Shown: positions 48,262 to 57,457 of the stretch, piece by piece | Numbering within the stretch: position 1 is the stretch's first letter | How the letters are laid out: each line of letters begins with the position of its first letter | Source of the DNA: Candidatus Omnitrophota bacterium | Lineage (GTDB): Bacteria > Omnitrophota > Gorgyraeia > Zapsychrales > Fredricksoniimonadaceae | DNA: 64,000 bases | Direction of reading: 5' to 3' | NCBI GenBank assembly: GCA_903908245.1 | Contig: CAIVRE010000022.1 | Span: 864-64,863, forward strand | Position numbers and translations under genes: made by a program | The notes under the pieces: model-generated | Database searches by the model: none | Told to the model about the DNA's origin: nothing | Seen by the model: the letters and a program-made list of their open reading frames with translations, nothing else

Positions 48262-51200
48262 TTGAATATGGAAAACAGCCGCATGAGTTTTACGGATATT
48301 TTTGTTAAGCGCCCGGTGCTGGCTACCGTTGTGAGCCTGTTTATTTTTGTGCTGGGTTTGCGGGCCGTGAACCTCCTGGGCGTGCGGGAATATCCCGAGA
48401 CCCAGAATGCGGTTGTAACGGTGACAACGGTTTATACCGGTGCTGACCCGGCTGTCGTTGCCGGGTTTATTACGACACCGCTGGAGAATTCCATTGCCCA
48501 GGCCAACGGCATCGATTACCTGACCTCATCGAGCACGTCGAACGTGAGCGTGATCAAGGCTAATTTGCGGCTGAATTATGATGCCAACAAGGCGTTGACC
48601 GAGATCAACACCAAGGTTAACGCGGCGCTCAATCAGCTGCCAAGGGAAGCTCAGCAGCCGTCGATCACGGTGGCGGTCGGCGAGTCCACGGATTCAATGT
48701 ATATGGGGTTTTACAGCAATGCCCTGGCAACGAACAAGATCACGGATTACCTGATCCGGGTCGTTCAGCCTAAATTGCAAACGGTCGAAGGAGTGCAGAC
48801 CGCGGAGATCCTGGGCGGACGTCAGTTCGCGCTAAGGGCCTGGCTGGACCCGCAGAAGATGGCGGCGCATGGCATTACGGCGGTTGATGTCAGTAATGCG
48901 CTGGCGGCGAATGATTTTATCGCGGCGGTTGGCCGTACCCGGGGGATGATGGTGACGGCGGACCTGACCGCGGCAACGGGGTTGCATTCGGTGGAGCAGT
49001 TCCGGGACCTTATTATCAAGTCACAGGGTGGGGCGCAGGTGCGCTTGGGGGATGTGGCCAATGTCTCTCTGGGGAGCGAGGATTACGATTCCGCGGTGGC
49101 GTTTGATGGAGAGAACGCGGTGTTCATCGGCATCAAGGTGGCGCCCAGCGCGAATTTGCTGACCGTTATTGAGGGCGTGCGCAAGGCTTTCCCCGAGATC
49201 CAGTCGCAATTGCCCGAGGGGTTGGAAGGCCGTGTCATTTATGACGCCACCAAGTATATCAACAGCTCCATCCATGAAGTGATCAAGACGCTGTTCGAAT
49301 CGCTTTTGATCGTGACGCTGGTTATTTTTCTTTTCCTGGGATCGTTCCGTTCGGTGGTGATACCGGCTGTGGCCATGCCGCTTTCCCTGGTCGGAGCGTT
49401 GTTCATGATGCTCATTTTTGGTTATACGATCAATTTACTCACTTTGCTGGCGTTGGTCCTGGCGATCGGCCTGGTGGTTGATGACGCGATCATCGTGGTC
49501 GAGAATATCCACCGGCATATTGAGGAAGGGATCGCGCCCCTGGAAGCGTCGCTGCGGGGCGCGCGCGAATTGGCGAACCCGATCATCGCCATGACCATTG
49601 TCCTGGTCGCGGTCTACGTGCCCATCGGGTTCATGGGGGGATTGACCGGCGCCTTGTTCACCGAATTCGCGTTCACGCTGGTCGGAGCGGTGGCGGTTTC
49701 GGCGGTCGTGGCCCTGACACTTTCTCCGATGATGTGTTCAAAGATGTTACGGCATCATGATGCTGGAGGGCGAAAGACTTTCACTGACATCATTGACCAG
49801 CAGTTTGAACGTTTGCGTGGTACTTACGAGAGGACGTTGCATGGCGCACTCAATTATCTGCCTGTGATCGCGGTTTTCGCGCTCATTGTGCTGGGCAGTG
49901 CCTGTTTCCTGTACATAAGTTCGCGCAGTGAGCTGGCCCCGCAGGAAGACCAGGGTTTTGTGCTGGCCATGTACACCGGCGCGCCGACAGCGTCGCTGGA
50001 ACAGACCGGCATTTATTCCGGGCAGGTTTACGATATCCTTAAAGAGTATCCCGAGACCGAACATGTTTTTCAGATCAACGGACTCGGCGGGCTTAATGCG
50101 GGGCTCGCCGGTATTGTGCTCAAGCCCTGGGAGGAACGCAAGCGTTCGGCCGTGCAGTTCCAAGCGGGCCTGCAGATGAAGCTGGGTGGTCTGGCGGGGG
50201 TTAACGGCGTGTCTTTCCTTCCGCCGCCATTACCTGGCGGCGGTGAGGGCCTCCCGGTGCAGTTCGTCATCGGCACAACGGATTCCTCGACCAGGCTTAA
50301 TGAAGTTGCGAACGCTTTTCTCGAGAAGGCCATGGCCAGCGGCATGTTCATGTTCATTGACACAGACCTGAAGATCGACAAGCCACAGACCGAAATACAG
50401 ATCGACCGCGAAAAGGCGGCACAGATGGGGCTTTCCATGCGCGATGTAGGCAGCGTGTTGGGCTCCATGCTCGGCGGCGGGTATGTGAATTATTTCAGCC
50501 TGTCCGGCCGTTCGTACAAGGTTATCCCGCAGGTAATGCGGCGTGAGCGCCTTAACGCGGACCAGCTTATGAACTATTACATCACGACCGCCAGCGGGGC
50601 GTCTGTACCGATATCCACGATCGCTAGCCTCAAGACCAGTGTGGTGCCGCAGTCGTTGAACCATTTTCAGCAGCTTAATTCCGCGACCATCTCGGGGGTG
50701 CAGATGCCTGGCGTTCCGCTGGGGCAGGCGCTGGCCAAGCTCAAGGAGATCGGCAAAGAGGTGCTGCCGCAGGGTTACAGTTTTGATCATGCCGGGCAGT
50801 CGAGGCAGTTCGTCAAGGAAAGCAGCGCGTTGGTCATCACGTTCTTTTTTGCTTTGCTCATTATTTTTCTGGCGCTGGCCGCACAGTTTGAAAGCTTCCG
50901 TGACCCGCTCATCATTCTGGTGAGCGTGCCCATGTCGATCTGCGGTGCGCTGATCTTCATTGCTTTGGGTATCGGCGGGGCGAGTCTGAATATTTTTACA
51001 CAGGTAGGCCTGGTGACGCTCATTGGTCTTATTAGCAAGCACGGTATTCTTATTGTGCAGTTCGCCAATGACCAGCAGCGGGAGGGGAAATCCAAGCGTG
51101 AAGCGATCGAGACTGCGGCGGGCATAAGATTGCGCCCGATCTTGATGACCACGGCGGCCATGGTATTCGGTGTCATGCCGCTGGTCCTGGCCTCGGGTGC

Positions 51201-51339
51201 GGGTGCCGCGGGGCGCTTTAACATGGGCTTGGTCATATCCAGCGGTATTGCCATTGGAACCGCTTTTACGCTGTTCGTTGTGCCGGCCATGTACCTGATG
51301 CTGGCGGCGGACCATTCAAAAAAGGGTTTCCCAGCCTGA
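48262..51339 (+). CDS. RND inner-membrane multidrug efflux pump (AcrB/MexB, HAE1)
   Basis: 1025 aa. 12 TM with two large periplasmic loops. Start MSFTDIFVKRPVLATVVSL typical of AcrB. Confidence 0.85.
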   Translation: MNMENSRMSFTDIFVKRPVLATVVSLFIFVLGLRAVNLLGVREYPETQNAVVTVTTVYTGADPAVVAGFITTPLENSIAQANGIDYLTSSSTSNVSVIKANLRLNYDANKALTEINTKVNAALNQLPREAQQPSITVAVGESTDSMYMGFYSNALATNKITDYLIRVVQPKLQTVEGVQTAEILGGRQFALRAWLDPQKMAAHGITAVDVSNALAANDFIAAVGRTRGMMVTADLTAATGLHSVEQFRDLIIKSQGGAQVRLGDVANVSLGSEDYDSAVAFDGENAVFIGIKVAPSANLLTVIEGVRKAFPEIQSQLPEGLEGRVIYDATKYINSSIHEVIKTLFESLLIVTLVIFLFLGSFRSVVIPAVAMPLSLVGALFMMLIFGYTINLLTLLALVLAIGLVVDDAIIVVENIHRHIEEGIAPLEASLRGARELANPIIAMTIVLVAVYVPIGFMGGLTGALFTEFAFTLVGAVAVSAVVALTLSPMMCSKMLRHHDAGGRKTFTDIIDQQFERLRGTYERTLHGALNYLPVIAVFALIVLGSACFLYISSRSELAPQEDQGFVLAMYTGAPTASLEQTGIYSGQVYDILKEYPETEHVFQINGLGGLNAGLAGIVLKPWEERKRSAVQFQAGLQMKLGGLAGVNGVSFLPPPLPGGGEGLPVQFVIGTTDSSTRLNEVANAFLEKAMASGMFMFIDTDLKIDKPQTEIQIDREKAAQMGLSMRDVGSVLGSMLGGGYVNYFSLSGRSYKVIPQVMRRERLNADQLMNYYITTASGASVPISTIASLKTSVVPQSLNHFQQLNSATISGVQMPGVPLGQALAKLKEIGKEVLPQGYSFDHAGQSRQFVKESSALVITFFFALLIIFLALAAQFESFRDPLIILVSVPMSICGALIFIALGIGGASLNIFTQVGLVTLIGLISKHGILIVQFANDQQREGKSKREAIETAAGIRLRPILMTTAAMVFGVMPLVLASGAGAAGRFNMGLVISSGIAIGTAFTLFVVPAMYLMLAADHSKKGFPA

Positions 51340-51447
51340 TTTGTGTCAAAATTTTGCGGTTGTTTATAGGTATTTCTATCCACGTAGGGAGAATTCTTTT
51401 CTATATAAGAGGGTCAATATCTGGATTTTCGTGCGGCCAGATTTAAT

Positions 51448-51476
51448 TTGACTTTCTCAAGCCTCTTGATTATTAT
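51448..51476 (+). promoter_or_regulatory. putative sigma70 promoter TTGACT-17-TATTAT upstream of comEA
   Basis: Read directly, ~95 nt upstream of the comEA ATG. Confidence 0.35.
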
Positions 51477-51572
51477 ACAAAATATTTTGATTTTTCTCCG
51501 AACTCTTCCGATCAGAGTAATGGTGATAACCCCCCGGTTTTTCTAACGATTTCATAAAAAAGGATCGCGGAT

Positions 51573-51917
51573 GTGTTTTATTTAACCCCACAGGAGCGCA
51601 TTGCGCTTATTAGTCTGTTGGTCATTTTCTGCTTCGGCACGTTGGTGAGTGTCGCGCTTAAACAAGATGCGCGTATCATCCATTGGGTTAAAACCGCGCA
51701 TCAAGTTAAGTCAACGTATCCATTGAACATCAATATAGCAACAGCGGAAGATCTTGATAAATTGCCTGGCATCGGATTAAAGACCGCCCAAAGGATCATC
51801 GACTATCGGCAAAGTTATGGAAAATTCAAGTCCGCGGAAGACGTACGCCAGGTGAAAGGCATTACCAGGAAGGCATTGGAGACAATTACCCGAGATTGTC
51901 GTTTTGAAGCGTTATGA
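51573..51917 (+). CDS. comEA: ComEA-like DNA receptor (helix-hairpin-helix)
   Basis: N-terminal TM. HhH: NINIATAEDLDKLPGIGLKTAQRIIDYRQSYGKFKSAEDV. Confidence 0.8.
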   Translation: MFYLTPQERIALISLLVIFCFGTLVSVALKQDARIIHWVKTAHQVKSTYPLNINIATAEDLDKLPGIGLKTAQRIIDYRQSYGKFKSAEDVRQVKGITRKALETITRDCRFEAL

Positions 51918-53320
51918 AAACCCATCGTCCTTCATTCGTGTTAGCGATCGTATTAAGTGCCGGTATCACGGTGGGGAAGTTTTTGCCCTTGCCGTTCTTA
52001 TTCTGGGTCGCTTTATTGTGCGGATTTACTTTATGGGCGATGATCGGCCGCAAGTCATGGATTGTTTTCGCGGGAATGTTCGCCTTTGGGGCTGTATTGA
52101 TCATCAATGTATATCGTCTCGCCCCTGACAGTGCGGCCCTGCTTTCCTATGACGACCGTCAGGATATCCGCATGACGGAAGGGGTTGTAGATTCAAATCC
52201 GCGAATACGGGCATGGGCACAGGGAGGCCAGGCCGTTTTCGATCTGAAAGTAAGACGGATCTTAACTGAACAGGGATGGATATCTCAACGCGGGAAAGTT
52301 CAGGTGCAGGTGTACCAGAACAGGCCTGTTCATTACGGGCAATTGCTGCGCGTACAGGGCCGCTGGCATGCCATTTATGACGGGAATGGTAACGGGAAAT
52401 TTTCTTATCGCCAGTGGTTGCAAGAGCGGGGTATTTTCTGGGCGGTGAGTGTTGGGAAAAACGCTTCACTGGAGATCTTAAGTGAAGATCAGGGCAATTG
52501 GCTGGTCGCTCAGTCGTTCAAGCTCCAAAAGAAGTTCAAGGATGTTTTTGAACATTATCTGGACCGGGAAGAGGCCGGTATGATCATTGCCATGGTCCTG
52601 GGAGAAGGCACGGCCATGCCCAAAGAAATACAAACGGAATTTATCAACACGGGAACGGCGCATGTCATTGCTATCAGCGGTATGAACATGACCATCATCA
52701 TAACGATCGTATTTTTTATTTTCCGATTTTCCGGCTTGCCGAGGGCAGGGCAATTGATAGGGACGGCCTTGTTTTTATTCGCCTATGGGTTCTTGACCGG
52801 GTTCTCCGCATCTGTGGCAAGGGCCTGCATCATGTCATCGGTCATCCTCTTGTCTTTTGCGGCTGAAATGGAAGCGGAGGTTTTTAACTCGTTGGGACTG
52901 GCCGCGTTGATGTTATTGCTTGCATATCCCAAAGATCTTTTTAATATCGGTTTTCAACTTTCGTTCGCGGCCGTACTGGCGATCCTGGTGTTGAATAAAC
53001 ATTGCTTGAAATTATTCAGCCGGTTTCCCGAGGTCCTGGCAACGGCATTGGCGGTTTCATTAGCGGCTTGGGTCGGGACCGCCGGGTTAATTTTTTATTA
53101 TTTCAAAATGATCACGCCGATCTCGATCATTGCCAATATCCCAGTTGTCCCTCTGGCAGACCTTACCGTTGCGCTGGGGCTGGGGTTAGGCCTTGCGGGA
53201 TTGTGCTGCCCTCCTTTGGCTGACGCATTCGCCGGATGTTTGAAGATCGTCTTTAACGGGATGCTTCTATTTGTCCATTGGTTTAACCAGGTGCCTTATG
53301 GGCATGCCAATTTCAATTAA
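51914..53320 (+). CDS. comEC: ComEC/Rec2 DNA channel protein lacking the C-terminal metallo-beta-lactamase domain
   Basis: DUF4131-like OB region. Competence domain (GTAHVIAISGMNMTII...). Only 468 aa, ending directly before the PLD nuclease gene. ATGA overlap with comEA. Confidence 0.75.
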   Translation: MKTHRPSFVLAIVLSAGITVGKFLPLPFLFWVALLCGFTLWAMIGRKSWIVFAGMFAFGAVLIINVYRLAPDSAALLSYDDRQDIRMTEGVVDSNPRIRAWAQGGQAVFDLKVRRILTEQGWISQRGKVQVQVYQNRPVHYGQLLRVQGRWHAIYDGNGNGKFSYRQWLQERGIFWAVSVGKNASLEILSEDQGNWLVAQSFKLQKKFKDVFEHYLDREEAGMIIAMVLGEGTAMPKEIQTEFINTGTAHVIAISGMNMTIIITIVFFIFRFSGLPRAGQLIGTALFLFAYGFLTGFSASVARACIMSSVILLSFAAEMEAEVFNSLGLAALMLLLAYPKDLFNIGFQLSFAAVLAILVLNKHCLKLFSRFPEVLATALAVSLAAWVGTAGLIFYYFKMITPISIIANIPVVPLADLTVALGLGLGLAGLCCPPLADAFAGCLKIVFNGMLLFVHWFNQVPYGHANFN

Positions 53321-53329
53321 AGGAGACTT

Positions 53330-53893
53330 ATGAGATCGTTATTTGTCATATTGTTTTTGGTTCAGGCCCCGCTGTTGTGTTTTGCTGAAACTATGGAAGT
53401 CCATTTTTCACCCAACGGAGGATGCCAGCAGGTTATTGTCGACGAGATCGACCTGGCCAGAGTAAGAATGGACATCGCAATGTATTTTTTAACCTCCCGG
53501 GATATTGTGCAGGCTTTGGTCAGGGCTAAGGAACACCAGGTACAGGTGAGGGTGGTTTTTGATAAAAGCCAGAGAATACAGTCGTATTCTAAGGCCGCAT
53601 ATTTGATCAAACGGGGTTTCGAGGTCAAGTATCATACGGGGGAGGGACTGATGCACAACAAGTTCGCGGTGATCGACGATCATATTCTGATCACCGGTTC
53701 TTTTAACTGGACTCCTACGGCTGAGCGTAACAATGAAGAGAATTTGTTGATCATCAAAGATGCTCCGATCATAGCGAAGTATCGGGAGCGGTTTGAATAT
53801 TTATGGGGCCAGGCGCAAGCGGGAGAAGTAAAAAAAGAAGATGGCTTAAGGGAAAGGCTTTGTTTAATGTTCCCGGGGTTATGTGGAGATTAA
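53330..53893 (+). CDS. secreted phospholipase-D-family (single HKD, Nuc-like) endonuclease
   Basis: Signal peptide. HNKFAVIDDHILITGSFNWT = H-x-K-x4-D-x6-G-S-x-N. 187 aa, a single HKD copy. Confidence 0.75.
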   Translation: MRSLFVILFLVQAPLLCFAETMEVHFSPNGGCQQVIVDEIDLARVRMDIAMYFLTSRDIVQALVRAKEHQVQVRVVFDKSQRIQSYSKAAYLIKRGFEVKYHTGEGLMHNKFAVIDDHILITGSFNWTPTAERNNEENLLIIKDAPIIAKYRERFEYLWGQAQAGEVKKEDGLRERLCLMFPGLCGD

Positions 53894-53977
53894 GCCTTGT
53901 TCGATATTCTTTAATTTTGTTAATTCGAAGGTCAGGTTAGATGGGCCCATCAGAGAATTTTGGCGATCTTTTCTGTG

Positions 53978-54006
53978 ACTTGTGAAAGGTGCTGTTGCGG
54001 TATAAT
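53978..54006 (+). promoter_or_regulatory. putative sigma70 promoter ACTTGT-17-TATAAT
   Basis: Read directly, ~70 nt upstream of the 54078 gene. Confidence 0.3.
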
Positions 54007-54077
54007 ATGTTAGGCAAAGAAGATGTTTTGTTATTGCTTCTCGACAATGGGTCGCACGATCAAAGGCCGAAATATTC

Positions 54078-55061
54078 ATGAACGATCTTCTTGATAAAAC
54101 GAACAAATTCAAGCCGTTGCTACGTGGGTTTATCGTAGTTGTTCTGACATTATTTCTATTGTCGGCGGGTATAGATTGTCTCATAAAGTTTGCTATTGAA
54201 ACGACCTCCCCGCGAATTATCGGTGCTAAAGTACAAATGGAGACTTTCTCATTAGGGCTTTTGACGCATAAAATACATATAAAGAATCTTCGACTTTATA
54301 ACCCGCCGGCTTTTCCTGATCAGGTTTTTCTTGTTATGCCTGAAGTTATGGTAGATGTGGATGTTGTGGGGCTTATTCAAGGCAGGATGCATTTTCCTTT
54401 GGTTGTTTTTAATATGGAGAAAATGATCATTTTTAAAAATAAAGAGGGCGGGGTTAATGTTAATTCGTTAAAGATCATAAAAGAACATTTAGCAGCAAAT
54501 AAAGATAAGCCGATGAAGCTGCCTGTCTTTAAGATAGACCTGCTTGAGTTAAATGTAGGGAAAGTGATCCTGGAAGACTATACTCATGCACCTCCGGTAC
54601 TTGTCGAGGCTTATGATGTCGCCATCAAGAACAAGAGGATCAGCAATATTGATGGGGTCCCCAAACTGATCGCTTCTGTCACTCTTGAGGCATTGAAACC
54701 GACAGCTATCCGTAGCGCAGGATTTTTTGCTGCAGAAACTTTATTGGGCATCGGGTTCCTGCCTGCCGCTGTTATCGGCATTGCAGTAGCTCAGGACGAT
54801 GTTAAAACCGACCTTGGATATTCTTTTAACAGGGTTTATCATGAAAGTTTAAAATTAGTCCAAGACTTGGGAGCCGTGAAGAAAGAAGACCCAGGAAAAG
54901 GGCAAATTCTTGCCAAGGTTTATTCGAGCGATATTACTATCGATATCCAGAATAAAGGATGGAACAGATCGCATATCAGGATCCAGGCCAGACGGTATTT
55001 CTTAGCCAGGCTTGAGATCGCCAATGGATTATTGTATCAGTTGACACAAAGGCTGAAGTAG
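54078..55061 (+). CDS. hypothetical membrane-anchored protein (AT-rich)
   Basis: N-terminal TM. 327 aa. No confident family (weakly AsmA/DUF748-like). Confidence 0.45.
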   Translation: MNDLLDKTNKFKPLLRGFIVVVLTLFLLSAGIDCLIKFAIETTSPRIIGAKVQMETFSLGLLTHKIHIKNLRLYNPPAFPDQVFLVMPEVMVDVDVVGLIQGRMHFPLVVFNMEKMIIFKNKEGGVNVNSLKIIKEHLAANKDKPMKLPVFKIDLLELNVGKVILEDYTHAPPVLVEAYDVAIKNKRISNIDGVPKLIASVTLEALKPTAIRSAGFFAAETLLGIGFLPAAVIGIAVAQDDVKTDLGYSFNRVYHESLKLVQDLGAVKKEDPGKGQILAKVYSSDITIDIQNKGWNRSHIRIQARRYFLARLEIANGLLYQLTQRLK

Positions 55062-55194
55062 CCCTATAGTTCAGGGATGTCTTTTGGTAAAGCAATAACT
55101 TTATCTGTACAGAAAATAGATTTGGAAAAGGCAAAGAAGGTTCTGGGGCAGGATCCGTCTTAACAAAACGTCCACAAGGCGGGGGAGGGTCAAT

Positions 55195-55659
55195 ATGGTT
55201 GCCAATGAGGAACAAATTAAAGCTGTTGAATTGATGGCAAAGTGCGAGGCATGTGTCGCTGATCTTTATCGGGTCTACGCAGAGAAATTCCCTGAGGTGG
55301 CTGAGTTTTGGCGTAATCTGGTTTGTGAGGAAGAGGCGCACGAAGAGATCTTGCTTGTCTTTGCGGTTGGCCTGAAGAAAGGGGAATTTTTTATTCGTCA
55401 GGATGTTTTTTCCTCCAATATCTGGGGGTCGATCGTAGATATTAAGGAGAAAACCAGTGAAGCTAGCGCCGGGAATTTAACGTTAAAAGAGGCTCTCGCT
55501 GTGGCCGTTGGGATCGAATCCGGTTTTTTAGAAAAGTTATATTTTAGGGTTGTTACCGGGGATAGTGCCAGTCTTAAGAGTTTACTTCTTCGCTTGGCTG
55601 AGGATACCGAGCGACATCAGGGTTTGATCAAAAACATGCTGGTAAAATGCGGGGAATAG
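55195..55659 (+). CDS. ferritin-like/rubrerythrin-like small protein
   Basis: Candidate E-x2-H diiron helices (CEEEAHEE, EDTERHQ). 154 aa. Confidence 0.35.
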   Translation: MVANEEQIKAVELMAKCEACVADLYRVYAEKFPEVAEFWRNLVCEEEAHEEILLVFAVGLKKGEFFIRQDVFSSNIWGSIVDIKEKTSEASAGNLTLKEALAVAVGIESGFLEKLYFRVVTGDSASLKSLLLRLAEDTERHQGLIKNMLVKCGE

Positions 55660-55692
55660 CAGCCGGCCTCCTTACATACGTATGGATCTAAT

Positions 55693-56190
55693 ATGGCAAC
55701 TTCATCGAAGTCATTGCAGGAACTTTACCCCAAAAGGGTTGATATCGTTATTCTCATCACACTTTCTGTGTGGTTACTGCTTATTGGGCTGACACTTCCG
55801 GTCATGACCGTTCGTAAGCTATGGAATAGCAATACGTACTCGATCTTGACCGGCGTCCAGAACCTCTGGCAGGAGAAATTGTACGTCCTGGCTGTTATCA
55901 TATTTACATTTTCTATTATTTTCCCCATCGCGAAGCTGGTATCTCTTTTTGCCGTATGGTTCATTAAATTAACGGAAGAACGCCGACGGAAATTGATCTC
56001 TCTCATGGAGGTTTTTGGTAAATGGTCCATGCTGGATGTTTTTGTATCCGCGATCCTTATTGTATGGGTCAAGCTGGGGGCATTGGCTTCTGCCAAGGCG
56101 GAGATCGGTATTTATTTCTTTGGAGCGTCCGTATTGTTAACGATGATCGTTTCTTCGCTTCAGGGAGCTTTAGTTAAACGTTTTAAATAA
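55693..56190 (+). CDS. PqiA-family integral membrane protein
   Basis: 4 TM. WSMLDVFVSAILIVWVKLG block as in PqiA/YebS. Confidence 0.5.
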   Translation: MATSSKSLQELYPKRVDIVILITLSVWLLLIGLTLPVMTVRKLWNSNTYSILTGVQNLWQEKLYVLAVIIFTFSIIFPIAKLVSLFAVWFIKLTEERRRKLISLMEVFGKWSMLDVFVSAILIVWVKLGALASAKAEIGIYFFGASVLLTMIVSSLQGALVKRFK

Positions 56191-56301
56191 CATTGGTATA
56201 TGGCACTATTTGTTCGGAGTAAAATAAGATTTTAATAATATGGTGTTGGTCTTTAGTATTCTCTAATATAAATATTCATCAACAAAACAGTTGAGCTTCA
56301 C

Positions 56302-57330
56302 ATGAATAGCACTCCATTTGAGTTGGGCCCCATTCGTCCCGTGGACGAAGCCGAAAGCCTGCTGATCCGTACCACACGCGGCTGTCCCTGGAATCGATGC
56401 GAATTTTGCGTCAATTACAAGGGTATGCCATTCTCCATGCGCTCGCTCGACGAGGTCAAGCGCGACATCGTCGCTGCGGCCAAGTACTACGGAGACGAGA
56501 CCTTTGAAACATGCTTTTTGCAGGATGGTGACAGCTTCCTGATGAAAACCACTGAACTTGTCGCGCTTCTCACCTTCCTGAAGCAGACATTCCCCAAACT
56601 GAAGCGGATCAGTAGTTATGGCCGCGCTCAAACCATGATCCGCAAATCAGTCCAGGAAATGCAGGCCATTTGCCAAGCCGGACTTAACAAACTTTATTGC
56701 GGCATGGAATCCGGCTCGGATAAGGTATTGAAAAAAGTCAATAAGGGCGCAACTGCCGCCGATATTTCCACATCCAGCCGCAGGGCCAAGGATGCAGGGA
56801 TGTCTATTTCAGAATTCATTATCCTTGGCCTGGGCGGACAGGAATTGTGGGAGGAACACGCCCGTGAAACGGCCAAGGTCCTCAGTGAGATCAACCCTCA
56901 CTTCATTCGGGTTCTCACCATCGGAGTCAAACCCGGCTCCGGACTTCATCGACAGATGGAAGCGGGTGAATATACTTTGCAGACCGAGAAGAATATCATC
57001 GAAGAACAACGCTTGCTGATCGAGGATCTCAATGGCATTACCAGTCACTACGCCAATCATCATGCCGTTGACCTTCTGATGGAAGTCCGTGGCCAATTTC
57101 CCCAGGATAAAAGCCGTCTTATTGCCATCCTGGACCGCTATCTTTCTCTCCCGGAAGAAGACCGTATTCACTTTACATTGGGAAAACGGCTGGGCATTTA
57201 CCAGCGACTCGATGATATGGGCACCGCTCATTTGCATAAACAGGTGTCCGCCAAACTACTCAAGATCCGCGCGTCCTATTCTGACAAGCTGGAAGAAGTT
57301 TTCCACGATCTTCGATCACAGATCGTCTAA
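56302..57330 (+). CDS. radical SAM protein with non-canonical Cx4Cx2C cluster motif (Elp3-like / TIGR01212-like)
   Basis: TRGCPWNRCEFC. GDSFLM SAM-binding region. 342 aa. Confidence 0.6.
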   Translation: MNSTPFELGPIRPVDEAESLLIRTTRGCPWNRCEFCVNYKGMPFSMRSLDEVKRDIVAAAKYYGDETFETCFLQDGDSFLMKTTELVALLTFLKQTFPKLKRISSYGRAQTMIRKSVQEMQAICQAGLNKLYCGMESGSDKVLKKVNKGATAADISTSSRRAKDAGMSISEFIILGLGGQELWEEHARETAKVLSEINPHFIRVLTIGVKPGSGLHRQMEAGEYTLQTEKNIIEEQRLLIEDLNGITSHYANHHAVDLLMEVRGQFPQDKSRLIAILDRYLSLPEEDRIHFTLGKRLGIYQRLDDMGTAHLHKQVSAKLLKIRASYSDKLEEVFHDLRSQIV

Positions 57331-57457
57331 CGCTGCCCTATTAACTGCGTTCCCTTGATTCTTAATGTTTACCTTTGGTTTTTTGCTTTTTCTTGTTAAA
57401 TTAAATAGAAATACAGACGCAGGGACTGAAAACACCTCATAACCCAAGGAGCCTTTT

